A stretch of DNA of 64,000 bases. Origin: a virus. The notes beneath the pieces are model-generated. The model was given only the letters and a program-made list of their open reading frames with translations. It ran no database searches and had not been told where the DNA came from. The DNA is taken from the IMG/VR virus record IMGVR_UViG_3300045988_150584; one strand, given 5' to 3'. This document shows positions 24,733 through 32,677 of this stretch, piece by piece. Made by a program: the position numbers and the translations under genes. Within the stretch, counting starts at the first letter, position 1; the number at the start of each line of letters is the position of its first letter.

Positions 24733-24978
24733 ATGTCTGTCAATCTCAACAAGTCTGGTCTCGGTAAGTTTGCTGGTATGCGCGGTACAATTTTCAAGTC
24801 GGAGATCGCCGCTGCCAAGCCCAGTAAGCAGATCGTCGGTAAGGGTATCGGCAAGGGCTGTAACTATCCGATGGATTCCGATGCGGAGTTTGAGAAGCGC
24901 CTGCGCCGCTATGAGCGTAAGAAGCAGGCCGAGGAAGCTGCTGCCGCTGCTGCGGCGGCTGGTACGATGGAGGCGTGA
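24733..24978 (+). CDS. hypothetical protein (Ala-rich C-terminus)
   Basis: The leader AAGGAGGATTCAAAAATG is identical to that of the gene at 26689. Confidence 0.55.
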   Translation: MSVNLNKSGLGKFAGMRGTIFKSEIAAAKPSKQIVGKGIGKGCNYPMDSDAEFEKRLRRYERKKQAEEAAAAAAAAGTMEA

Positions 24979-24981
24979 GAT

Positions 24982-25293
24982 ATGTTTAATGGCAAGCCTG
25001 TCTGGAAGCAGGACGATTTCACATATGAAGCTGTAAAGGTTGGTGACTATGTGGAGCAGGCAATCGTAGATGCTGTAATGGATTGTGTGCCGCCCGCTTG
25101 TATGCGGGCAGACTGCTCCCAGATGGGCGAGCCTTATTCTACCAGGATGGATGAAAAGACCGGCAGATGGAGAGACACTTACGAAACTTTCCGTAAGGTC
25201 GGTGGCGAGTGGCCTAATGGCATTTGGGAGTATTGCGGTCACTGTTTCAGAGGTGAAACGGTTGAGCGTGGAATCGAGCCGTATCATATCTGA
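24982..25293 (+). CDS. hypothetical protein
   Basis: GGAGG RBS. 103 aa. Confidence 0.55.
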   Translation: MFNGKPVWKQDDFTYEAVKVGDYVEQAIVDAVMDCVPPACMRADCSQMGEPYSTRMDEKTGRWRDTYETFRKVGGEWPNGIWEYCGHCFRGETVERGIEPYHI

Positions 25294-25309
25294 GATGAGA
25301 GGTGTATGT

Positions 25310-25525
25310 ATGAATGATATCGAAAAGATCAATGTAGCTCCCGATAGTTATTTCCAGCATATTGTAAAGCCGTGTTTGCTGGATTTGCGCAATCGCAAGG
25401 ACGATGCAAAGACGGATATGGAGCGCGGATATTACGAAGATCGCTATGCTGCACAAGCGAAAGACTTCGCGGAGGCGCTACATATTTCTGCGGAGGCGCT
25501 GGATGAATTGATCGGAGGTGTTTGA
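25310..25525 (+). CDS. hypothetical protein
   Basis: MNDIEKINVAPDSY.. after GAGAGG. Confidence 0.5.
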   Translation: MNDIEKINVAPDSYFQHIVKPCLLDLRNRKDDAKTDMERGYYEDRYAAQAKDFAEALHISAEALDELIGGV

Positions 25526-25610
25526 AATGAAGAAGATCATCGGCTAAAAGCAGCGCAGTTTTGGAATGGTGTCTGCGAAATCAAAAACCATACCCCATTT
25601 TTTTCGTTTT

Positions 25611-26117
25611 ATGAGTAAGCAAAACTCAGCTTTTGAGGGTAGATATAATAGGAGGTGTTTTATACATAAAACTTGTAAGATTTGTGGTCGTTCTTTTGAC
25701 GATGAGAACTGTGAGGGCGTTGTTGTCAACGAAGGTACGGATAACGAATATTTTGTTTGCGAGGATTGTGTTCCGGATGAATGCAACAATGGGCATATTA
25801 TTTCCTGCGAAAATTGTGGTTCGTATTTTACTCCTGATAGGCTGCACGATGAGCATATCGGGGGCTTTACTTTTACCGAATGTCCGGCCTGTGGGAAAGA
25901 TGTAGTGGAATGCGTATCACGAGAAGAGTTTGAGGAAGAGCATTTTCTTTCTAAATACTCTGTCATTGTCAGAATGGGCAATTATTCCCGTGGATATGTA
26001 ATTTCTGCGCAGAATCCCGCTGACATGATAAAAAAGTTGATGCGCCGTGCTGAGCTTTGCTCCGCCGCTGAGATCTCATATTCCGAAATTCTTATGGATG
26101 AGGATGTGATAAAATGA
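25611..26117 (+). CDS. Zn-ribbon protein, start codon unresolved
   Basis: CKICG..CEDC..CENCG..CPACG. The ATG at 25611 has no RBS and would read through the class-A motif. A perfect AGGAGG at 25650-25655 is followed 6 nt later by an in-frame ATA at 25662. Confidence 0.55.
   Translation: MSKQNSAFEGRYNRRCFIHKTCKICGRSFDDENCEGVVVNEGTDNEYFVCEDCVPDECNNGHIISCENCGSYFTPDRLHDEHIGGFTFTECPACGKDVVECVSREEFEEEHFLSKYSVIVRMGNYSRGYVISAQNPADMIKKLMRRAELCSAAEISYSEILMDEDVIK
25615..25649 (+). promoter_or_regulatory. class-A bipartite motif (copy 4)
   Basis: GTAAGCAAA-N14-GGTAGATATAAT, directly followed by AGGAGG. Confidence 0.7.
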
Positions 26118-26350
26118 GCGCTTTTACACTGAGAAATAAAATCGAAGAGTCAAAATCAATGTATTTAGAGCGTCGCGGAAAGCTTGATTGGCAGTGGACG
26201 GACGAGGGACTTCCTTATGCAATCATGGACTATCATAGCTGCGTCGGTTCGGTTTTGGATTTTACGGAAGATGACTGGCAGGCCGCTGAGGAAAATGGAT
26301 TTTCTCGTGATGAAGTCATTGCTTTATGCGAAGATCGTGAGGATGAATAA
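26114..26350 (+). CDS. hypothetical acidic protein
   Basis: 78 aa, overlapping the upstream stop. Confidence 0.5.
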   Translation: MSAFTLRNKIEESKSMYLERRGKLDWQWTDEGLPYAIMDYHSCVGSVLDFTEDDWQAAEENGFSRDEVIALCEDREDE

Positions 26351-26587
26351 ATGACAGAAAAAGATATTGTGAATGTGCTGTATCGTGACGGATATCACGC
26401 TGCGGCAAAGCTGATCGAAAAGAAGTCTGAGACCATCGAAAGCAGAAAATCTCTGATGCTGTGGAAAGATGATTTTACCAGTGAAAACAAGTGGAAATCC
26501 CTTTGTGCGGCTCTTGATGTTCCGGAAGATACAGTCACGCTGGAGCTGAAATGCAATGTTGTTGCAGCATTTCCATATAAAAAATAA
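26351..26587 (+). CDS. hypothetical protein
   Basis: 78 aa. Confidence 0.5.
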   Translation: MTEKDIVNVLYRDGYHAAAKLIEKKSETIESRKSLMLWKDDFTSENKWKSLCAALDVPEDTVTLELKCNVVAAFPYKK

Positions 26588-26599
26588 TTTCAACGGCTG

Positions 26600-26634
26600 G
26601 TGTGCAAAGACGAAATTTTAGGGGTAGATATAAT
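26600..26634 (+). promoter_or_regulatory. class-A bipartite motif (copy 5, weaker first block)
   Basis: GTGTGCAAA-N14-GGTAGATATAAT. Confidence 0.6.
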
Positions 26635-26688
26635 AGAAAGCCCAAAACAATCATCACAACTACTTTCTACTTTAAGGAGGATTCAAAA

Positions 26689-27615
26689 ATGGCAGCAAAT
26701 GTCGAAACTATGTTTTATGTGCGTGAAAAGCCCTGGCACGGTCTGGGGGTTGAGGTTCAGGAGGCGTTGAATAGCGCTGATGCGCTGAAAATGGCTGGTC
26801 TTGATTGGGAGGTCAAGCAGAGAAACATTCAGGTCTGCGGCGGTGCGAAGATCGAGAATTATAAGGCGAATGTCCGTAGCACAGATGGTCGTGTGCTTGG
26901 AGTTGTCTCTGACCGCTATCAGATCGTGCAGAATAGGGACGCTTTTAGCTTTACCGATGAGCTGATCGGCGGCGATGTCCGCTATGAAACTGCTGGCAGC
27001 TTGCAGAATGGCAAGAAGATTTGGCTGCTGGCAAAGATGCCTGAGCGCGAGGTCGTTGGTGATAAAGTCGAGCCGTACCTTTGTTTCTCGAATACGCACG
27101 ACGGAAGCGGTTCTATCCGTGTCTGCATGACCCCGATTCGTGTTGTCTGCAATAACACTTTGAATCTTGCGCTGAATAGCGCGAAGCGTCAGTGGGCAAC
27201 AAAGCATGTCGGCAATATCGACGAGAAGATGCAGGAAGCGCGTATGTGTCTCCAGCTTGCGGATGCCTACATGGATGAGCTTGCTGTTTGCGCAGATCGT
27301 CTTGCAAATACGACAATCACCGATGAACAGCTTGATAAGCTGCTTGACGAGATGTTCCCTGTTGACGATGACGATACCGAGCGCAAGAAGAACAGCGTGA
27401 AAAAGGCAAAGGACGAGTTCATGATCTGCTATTTCCGTCCGGATATTATGAAGTTCCTTAATACCGGCTGGGGCGTTGTGAATGCTATGAGCGATATGAT
27501 TTCGCATTCTGCACCGCGCCGTCAGACTGGCAGTTACCGTGAAAACAACTGGAACAGAATCATGGATGGTCACAAGATGCTCGACCGCATGACAGAGCTT
27601 GTTTGCGCACGATAA
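26689..27615 (+). CDS. DUF932-family protein (phage/plasmid-like, TIGR03299 type)
   Basis: MAANVETMFYVREKPWHGLG.., DRYQIVQNRDAFSFTDELIG, CMTPIRVVCNNTL. Confidence 0.75.
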   Translation: MAANVETMFYVREKPWHGLGVEVQEALNSADALKMAGLDWEVKQRNIQVCGGAKIENYKANVRSTDGRVLGVVSDRYQIVQNRDAFSFTDELIGGDVRYETAGSLQNGKKIWLLAKMPEREVVGDKVEPYLCFSNTHDGSGSIRVCMTPIRVVCNNTLNLALNSAKRQWATKHVGNIDEKMQEARMCLQLADAYMDELAVCADRLANTTITDEQLDKLLDEMFPVDDDDTERKKNSVKKAKDEFMICYFRPDIMKFLNTGWGVVNAMSDMISHSAPRRQTGSYRENNWNRIMDGHKMLDRMTELVCAR

Positions 27616-27625
27616 ACAGTGATTG

Positions 27626-27653
27626 AGAGCCGCCCGTTCGGGCGGCTCTTTTC
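27626..27653 (+). terminator. rho-independent terminator
   Basis: agagccgccc-gttc-gggcggctct followed by tttcg. Confidence 0.7.
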
Positions 27654-27668
27654 GTAAAGGGGTGTAAT

Positions 27669-27860
27669 ATGGAAGAAAATCGCGTTGTCTGGTTCAAAAC
27701 ATGTTTAGATGCAATTCCGGATAGCTGCAAAAATTGCGCCTGTCACTGGTGCTATCTTCCGTTGAAAAAGCGGAAGTGGGGTTATTCTGATGAGTTGAAA
27801 AAGAAATACTTGACTCAGCGGCACGAAGATTGTCCGCTGCATTTGGAGGTTATGAAATGA
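27669..27860 (+). CDS. small Cys-rich protein
   Basis: 63 aa, CKNCACHWC. Confidence 0.5.
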   Translation: MEENRVVWFKTCLDAIPDSCKNCACHWCYLPLKKRKWGYSDELKKKYLTQRHEDCPLHLEVMK

Positions 27861-28294
27861 AACTTTTCCTTTTGATTCACGAACAGGATACAGATGCCGC
27901 TTGGGGTTCGTCTGTCGATCTTTTTTCGACGCTGGAAGCAGCGCAGGCCAAGATGAAAACGGTTTATGAGAAGACCGTCGAAAGTTGGGATTTCGATATT
28001 GAAAATCAAACGGACGATTATTGCTGCGAGTTTTCCGATATGGATGCCTCTATTCGAGACGGTTCTGATGTTGAGACGTGGCGTATTGAAGAAAAAGAGC
28101 TTGATATCAATATCGCTGTCAAGGTTCATGGCGGGATGGTGCAAGCGGTGTATTCCGATGCTGATGTCGGTGTCGAGGTTTATGATCTTGACTCTTCTGA
28201 TTTTGCGGAGGAAAGCGAGCTGACCGAAACGGAGTGGCGTGAGCGCGAGCTTGACGAGCAGATTGCTCAGCCTGGTTGGAGAGCTGTATGGTAA
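27857..28294 (+). CDS. acidic hypothetical protein
   Basis: MKLFLLIHEQDTDAAWG.., strongly acidic. ATGAAATGA overlap with the upstream gene. Confidence 0.55.
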   Translation: MKLFLLIHEQDTDAAWGSSVDLFSTLEAAQAKMKTVYEKTVESWDFDIENQTDDYCCEFSDMDASIRDGSDVETWRIEEKELDINIAVKVHGGMVQAVYSDADVGVEVYDLDSSDFAEESELTETEWRERELDEQIAQPGWRAVW

Positions 28295-28369
28295 AACTGT
28301 CCTGATGAGTCTTTGGAAAGTAAGACGAAACTGCCCTATTGGGCAGTCGGCAGAAAAAATTATATTCTG

Positions 28370-28404
28370 GTGGGCAAAAGCCCATTTGAATGGGTAGATA
28401 TAAT
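28370..28404 (+). promoter_or_regulatory. class-A bipartite motif (copy 6, weaker first block)
   Basis: GTGGGCAAA-N14-GGTAGATATAAT followed by AGGAGG. Confidence 0.6.
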
Positions 28405-28417
28405 AGGAGGCGATAAT

Positions 28418-28951
28418 GTGTCGATGCCAAATTTTAATACGATGAGAAATTTTCCTCTCTATGTGAGAGATTTCATTTCTGAGGTTGATTATTGTCCAGC
28501 TTGCAATACATATGGAGAAGATGGTGTGTGTCCGATTTGCGGCGCAGCTACGGAGCGAAAAGCATATCTGGACGAGGTGGCAGCGTTTGAGTTTGAGGAA
28601 GAGATGGAGACACGGTTAAATGACGCAAATGCAAAGCTTGAATTTCATTCTATTTCAACTATTGGTGGAAAATATTATGGGGTTCAGTTTTATGTGGAGG
28701 AAAAGCATGACCCGAATGAGTATGATAATGACGATTGCCATTACTATTTTGATGTGTGCCGTAGCGTAGCGATTCGCCGGTATAACAGTGAGATCAATAA
28801 GATCAATCGAATTTTGAAAATGCTTGCGAAAGAATATGGGTTCGATGAGGTCTATTGTTCTGCTGTATTTGGAAACGGTGAAGCTATTTACACAAAGGTG
28901 GAAAACACACAGCGAGCGCGTATTGTTCGCGCCATAAAAGAAATTGCGTAA
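28418..28951 (+). CDS. hypothetical protein with an N-terminal Zn-ribbon
   Basis: GTG 8 nt after AGGAGG (the ATG at 28424 is an alternative). CPACN..CPICG. Confidence 0.55.
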   Translation: MSMPNFNTMRNFPLYVRDFISEVDYCPACNTYGEDGVCPICGAATERKAYLDEVAAFEFEEEMETRLNDANAKLEFHSISTIGGKYYGVQFYVEEKHDPNEYDNDDCHYYFDVCRSVAIRRYNSEINKINRILKMLAKEYGFDEVYCSAVFGNGEAIYTKVENTQRARIVRAIKEIA

Positions 28952-28964
28952 TGGAGGAGTTACG

Positions 28965-29186
28965 ATGAAATCAAAATGTCTGACTTATACCGTGGAGCTT
29001 ACACGAGAAGAAATAGACACTGTAACGACAGCGTTAAATAGCGAGTACAAATTCCTGAAAGAAAAATATGCAAATGCGCGTCAGCAGAATGCTGCGGAGG
29101 TATATGAACGAATGGATGAGGCGCGTACCTTGCGGAACGATTTTGCAAGGCTCATCGGTGTGACTTTTATGGGCGAAGATGCCTAA
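28965..29186 (+). CDS. hypothetical protein
   Basis: MKSKCLTY.. after GGAGG. Confidence 0.5.
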   Translation: MKSKCLTYTVELTREEIDTVTTALNSEYKFLKEKYANARQQNAAEVYERMDEARTLRNDFARLIGVTFMGEDA

Positions 29187-29233
29187 ACGATTCTTGAAGA
29201 AAAACGGAAATGATGATATAATGCGGAGGTAAC

Positions 29234-29701
29234 ATGAACGGAAACAAGGTGATTCGAGTGACTTTTGGTGAACGGATTGAACAGGCTAAGAAAAAAGCTG
29301 AGGAAGAATATCAGGAGAAGCTGGAGCGTTCAAAGCAGTCTGATGTCGATGTAAGAGATTTTTTTGATGACGAAGAGCTTGACCGTATTCTTTCAGATAA
29401 TGAGTTCTTCAATGGAAGAGTTGCCGATTTGCCGAAGATGCAGCGATATGAAAAGTTAAAGCTTGCGGCTCAGTGGATGAACGATCATAGCATGGAGGTC
29501 GTTTGTGTTGACATTGACAAGCCGTCTCAGTCCAGACCGAATGTGGTCGTTTCGATGGAGTTGCGACGTCTCTCTTCCCTTCGTGGACGCGAGTTAAAAA
29601 TCTTTTCTGCAATGAACGTACTGGCAGACACCGTATTTTTGAGCGGCCTGAAAGATGAAGCTATTCGTTTCAGCTTTGGGATTGAGAGCCTCTGGCAGTA
29701 A
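29234..29701 (+). CDS. hypothetical protein
   Basis: GGAGG RBS. 155 aa. Confidence 0.55.
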   Translation: MNGNKVIRVTFGERIEQAKKKAEEEYQEKLERSKQSDVDVRDFFDDEELDRILSDNEFFNGRVADLPKMQRYEKLKLAAQWMNDHSMEVVCVDIDKPSQSRPNVVVSMELRRLSSLRGRELKIFSAMNVLADTVFLSGLKDEAIRFSFGIESLWQ

Positions 29702-29711
29702 GGAGAAGTAT

Positions 29712-29918
29712 ATGAAAGTCCTATATCCGTGGAAAATGGTTGGCAGATATGCTGATGGTGAAGAGATCGAGGTCGGCGGCTTTGACGAAGAAGATTGCAT
29801 GACACGTCTGATTTCCATGATAGATAAGCATGGCGATTTAGTCTGGTATTCCGGTGTTTCCGATGAGGACTATGTGGCTGGTGAGTATATCGGACGAGAA
29901 AACTTTATCTACGATTAA
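29712..29918 (+). CDS. hypothetical protein
   Basis: MKVLYPWKMVG.. after AGGAG. Confidence 0.5.
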   Translation: MKVLYPWKMVGRYADGEEIEVGGFDEEDCMTRLISMIDKHGDLVWYSGVSDEDYVAGEYIGRENFIYD

Positions 29919-29935
29919 CTGAATATAACGACGAA

Positions 29936-29967
29936 AGACGCTGGAAAAACCAGCGTCTTTTTTTTTG
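29936..29967 (+). terminator. rho-independent terminator
   Basis: aagacgctgg-aaaaa-ccagcgtctt followed by a T-run. Confidence 0.8.
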
Positions 29968-29974
29968 TGCCTTA

Positions 29975-30009
29975 GTGAGCAAATGGAATTTTTACAAGGT
30001 GGTTGTAGT
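29975..30009 (+). promoter_or_regulatory. class-A bipartite motif (copy 7, degenerate)
   Basis: GTGAGCAAA-N14-GGTGGTTGTAGT. Confidence 0.5.
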
Positions 30010-30046
30010 GAAGAGATTATTTGAAATACGAAAGGGTGTTTTTTTT

Positions 30047-30697
30047 ATGACTATCAGACATGATCGTTCTTATCTGCCGGCTGATATTGATTGGCTGATT
30101 GAAAACGGATATGCCGAAGAGGATCTTCATAGCCTGCGTTTTCAGATTAGCGTTGCCGATATGAGCATCGAAGATGCTAATACTTTCATGCACGGCGTTA
30201 TGGACGCTATTGCAAAGGAGTTTGTTTGTTTCCAGTATGATAAGGAGCTGGAAAAGAAATATCGTTTTGACAGCACCGATTGGGATTTGTTCTTTTGGTG
30301 CAATTCTCTCTATATGACGCGGCGTATCCATTCTGATGACGATAGAGACCTTACTTACTTTACGCTTATATTTAACAAGTGTCATACGCCGAAGAAACGG
30401 GCTGAGATTGGCAGCGGCGTTCTTGCTCTGATGATAAAGCGCTTTATGGACTATGACGCGCTGGATATTGCAGTCCAGTTTGCCGTTGCGTGGAATAAGG
30501 ATAAGCTGGAATCCGACGCAAAGACCATCGCAGAAAAGCTTGATGGAAAGCGACTGACCTATAACGGATTTGACGGACGGATTGTGCGGCGTGGCGGAAA
30601 GGCGTACTTCATGAAGAAGTATGCGAAAAACATCGGATATTCGATTGATGCGGTTGAGCTGGTTCGGTTTGCGAAAAAGGATGGAGGTCTGGAATGA
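30047..30697 (+). CDS. hypothetical protein
   Basis: MTIRHDRSYL.., 216 aa. Confidence 0.55.
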   Translation: MTIRHDRSYLPADIDWLIENGYAEEDLHSLRFQISVADMSIEDANTFMHGVMDAIAKEFVCFQYDKELEKKYRFDSTDWDLFFWCNSLYMTRRIHSDDDRDLTYFTLIFNKCHTPKKRAEIGSGVLALMIKRFMDYDALDIAVQFAVAWNKDKLESDAKTIAEKLDGKRLTYNGFDGRIVRRGGKAYFMKKYAKNIGYSIDAVELVRFAKKDGGLE

Positions 30698-31056
30698 GAT
30701 ATTTTAGTACGCAGCGCCCGCTTACTCCTGGCGCTTTTCCAAAGCCGTCCGATAACAGGGTAATTGCGGTTGAAAACTTCGACACATACGATGGGCGGAT
30801 GTTTTGTCCTGCGGTCAGTCGGCTGGCGTATGGATATGTTGACTATGAAAAACCTCTGACGGAAGAACAGTCATCTGATTATGAGCTGATTCCACAGAAG
30901 TTCCCGCAGTATGTCAAAACATACGATGGCTATATCGGTGTTCTGATCGGTTTGGAATACGGCGAATTTCCAATCTATCGTTTTCCAGGCGGCGAGCGGG
31001 TTGCAGATCAGTACGAGATTGAGACTGGCAGTAATGCCCGCTCCGATCTTGAATGA
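30694..31056 (+). CDS. hypothetical protein
   Basis: GGAGG RBS. 120 aa. Confidence 0.55.
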   Translation: MRYFSTQRPLTPGAFPKPSDNRVIAVENFDTYDGRMFCPAVSRLAYGYVDYEKPLTEEQSSDYELIPQKFPQYVKTYDGYIGVLIGLEYGEFPIYRFPGGERVADQYEIETGSNARSDLE

Positions 31057-31076
31057 AAACATAGGAGGTATGAACA

Positions 31077-31211
31077 TTGGCTGTACTGTGTTTTGTTTTT
31101 TTGGTAGTCAAGCTGACTTATGATGGTTGTAAAACGGCGTATGCAAAATGGTACGCGGAAAACTGTAACCCGTACCGTGCATATCGTCAGGCAGTGAATG
31201 AGAACAGATGA
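31077..31211 (+). CDS. possible small membrane-anchored protein (44 aa, TTG start)
   Basis: AGGAGG-N9-TTG, then AVLCFVFLVVKL hydrophobic N-terminus. Below the track's size cutoff. Confidence 0.3.
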   Translation: MAVLCFVFLVVKLTYDGCKTAYAKWYAENCNPYRAYRQAVNENR

Positions 31212-31223
31212 TGGAGGTCATAT

Positions 31224-32138
31224 ATGAGCTTACTTGATAAGTTTAACAGTATTGAGGTAAAGGCGGATACTCGTATTTCGGAGCGTGATCGTGAGTTTTG
31301 CATGGCCTATCATGAGGCTTATGTCAAGGGTCGTGCTGCGTTGAAGTCCTTGCGTCAGTTAGTTGAGGAATATTTGAATGATCAGCAGTCGATCATTTCT
31401 CGCGTTGTCCCAAAAGATGAGATGTACGATAGGTCGTTTTTCCTTGGGGACAGCGTACATGTCCATGATATCACAAGTTGTTTGCGTAACGCACACCATG
31501 TCCTCATTAGCGCCCTTGTTTCCTATTTCGAGAGAACATATAAGGTTTCGTTGGAGGCAAGCGAAATTGAAGAAGTCCTTCTTCCGAAAGAGCCAGATCG
31601 TTATGCGTCGTATAACAGCGCTGAATACAAAGAATATTACGAAGCGGTGGAAAGCACGGAGCTGAAGTACGAAGACATTCTCGACCAAATTTTCATTCAG
31701 CTTGGCGGTTTCTCGTTCCAGGAAAAGGCGCTGAACGAGCTGAAGCAGAAAGCTCACGATGCTGCATGGAACAGATATTACGGGAACAAGTGTTATGAAC
31801 AGAAAAAGGCTGTCATTTCCTTTGCTCACTATGCTTGCAGCTTTGATAGCTGGCATGAAGAGTATTATCACGGCGAGCATAAGATTCAGCTTACTGACGG
31901 AATGAAAAATGTCATTCGCGCCCTTGCATATTTTGAGTGCGGCACTGCGGACAACATTCCTTGGACGCTCAATACTCTGCTTGGATACCAGTGGAGAACT
32001 TACAACACGGAAATGCAGCTTGGCTTGGAAAAGCTGAAGAGTATCAAGTGTTTCAAAAACGGTCGCGTGGATGTTCGCTTTACCAGCGAGGCATTCGCCC
32101 GTGAGTTTGCAGAGATGTTTCTTGGAAATGAACTTTAA
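31224..32138 (+). CDS. hypothetical protein
   Basis: GGAGG RBS. 304 aa. Confidence 0.6.
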   Translation: MSLLDKFNSIEVKADTRISERDREFCMAYHEAYVKGRAALKSLRQLVEEYLNDQQSIISRVVPKDEMYDRSFFLGDSVHVHDITSCLRNAHHVLISALVSYFERTYKVSLEASEIEEVLLPKEPDRYASYNSAEYKEYYEAVESTELKYEDILDQIFIQLGGFSFQEKALNELKQKAHDAAWNRYYGNKCYEQKKAVISFAHYACSFDSWHEEYYHGEHKIQLTDGMKNVIRALAYFECGTADNIPWTLNTLLGYQWRTYNTEMQLGLEKLKSIKCFKNGRVDVRFTSEAFAREFAEMFLGNEL

Positions 32139-32150
32139 TGGAGGTGCGTT

Positions 32151-32345
32151 ATGACAAAGCAAGAACGGCTTATTGTATCGGCTTATACCGGTGTGTTGAT
32201 GTGTGACTTTTCGGAGTTTCAGATTTATGTGGAACAGCTTTTACAGCGACCGGTTTTCACACATGAGCTTGCAATGGCAGATGTGTGGCAAGAGATCAAG
32301 GAAAAATCTAAACCGGCGTTTCTGGCGCTATGTCAGGATGAATAG
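32151..32345 (+). CDS. hypothetical protein
   Basis: GGAGG RBS. 64 aa. Confidence 0.5.
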   Translation: MTKQERLIVSAYTGVLMCDFSEFQIYVEQLLQRPVFTHELAMADVWQEIKEKSKPAFLALCQDE

Positions 32346-32354
32346 GAGGCATAT

Positions 32355-32630
32355 ATGGGAAAGTGCATTACAAGTTGTGGGAAGGACAAAGCTCGTTGCT
32401 GTACAGATGATTGTTTTCTCCGTGTTGCAGAAGGTAGCCGCCTGAGAGATTTGAAGTACAACAATATTGCGTGTTTCTGTAGCGGATTGTCCGTCTATGA
32501 TGACGGAAAAGAGGTTGCCTGCGGTTTTATCGGAGAGGTTCTTCGTTCCGTTGCACATCTGGCGGATCGTGAGATTGAGAGCTGCAACACATTTTTCGAT
32601 ATGTTTGTGATTCGTCTTAAAAAGAAGTAA
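32355..32630 (+). CDS. hypothetical Cys-rich protein
   Basis: AGGAGG RBS. 91 aa. Confidence 0.5.
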   Translation: MGKCITSCGKDKARCCTDDCFLRVAEGSRLRDLKYNNIACFCSGLSVYDDGKEVACGFIGEVLRSVAHLADREIESCNTFFDMFVIRLKKK

Positions 32631-32661
32631 GCAAATCAATATACCAGTTGGTAGTTATAGT
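32627..32661 (+). promoter_or_regulatory. class-A bipartite motif (copy 8)
   Basis: GTAAGCAAA-N14-GGTAGTTATAGT. The first block extends to GAAGTAAGCAAATCAATAT, which resembles class B. Confidence 0.7.
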
Positions 32662-32677
32662 GTATTGGAGGTGTAGC

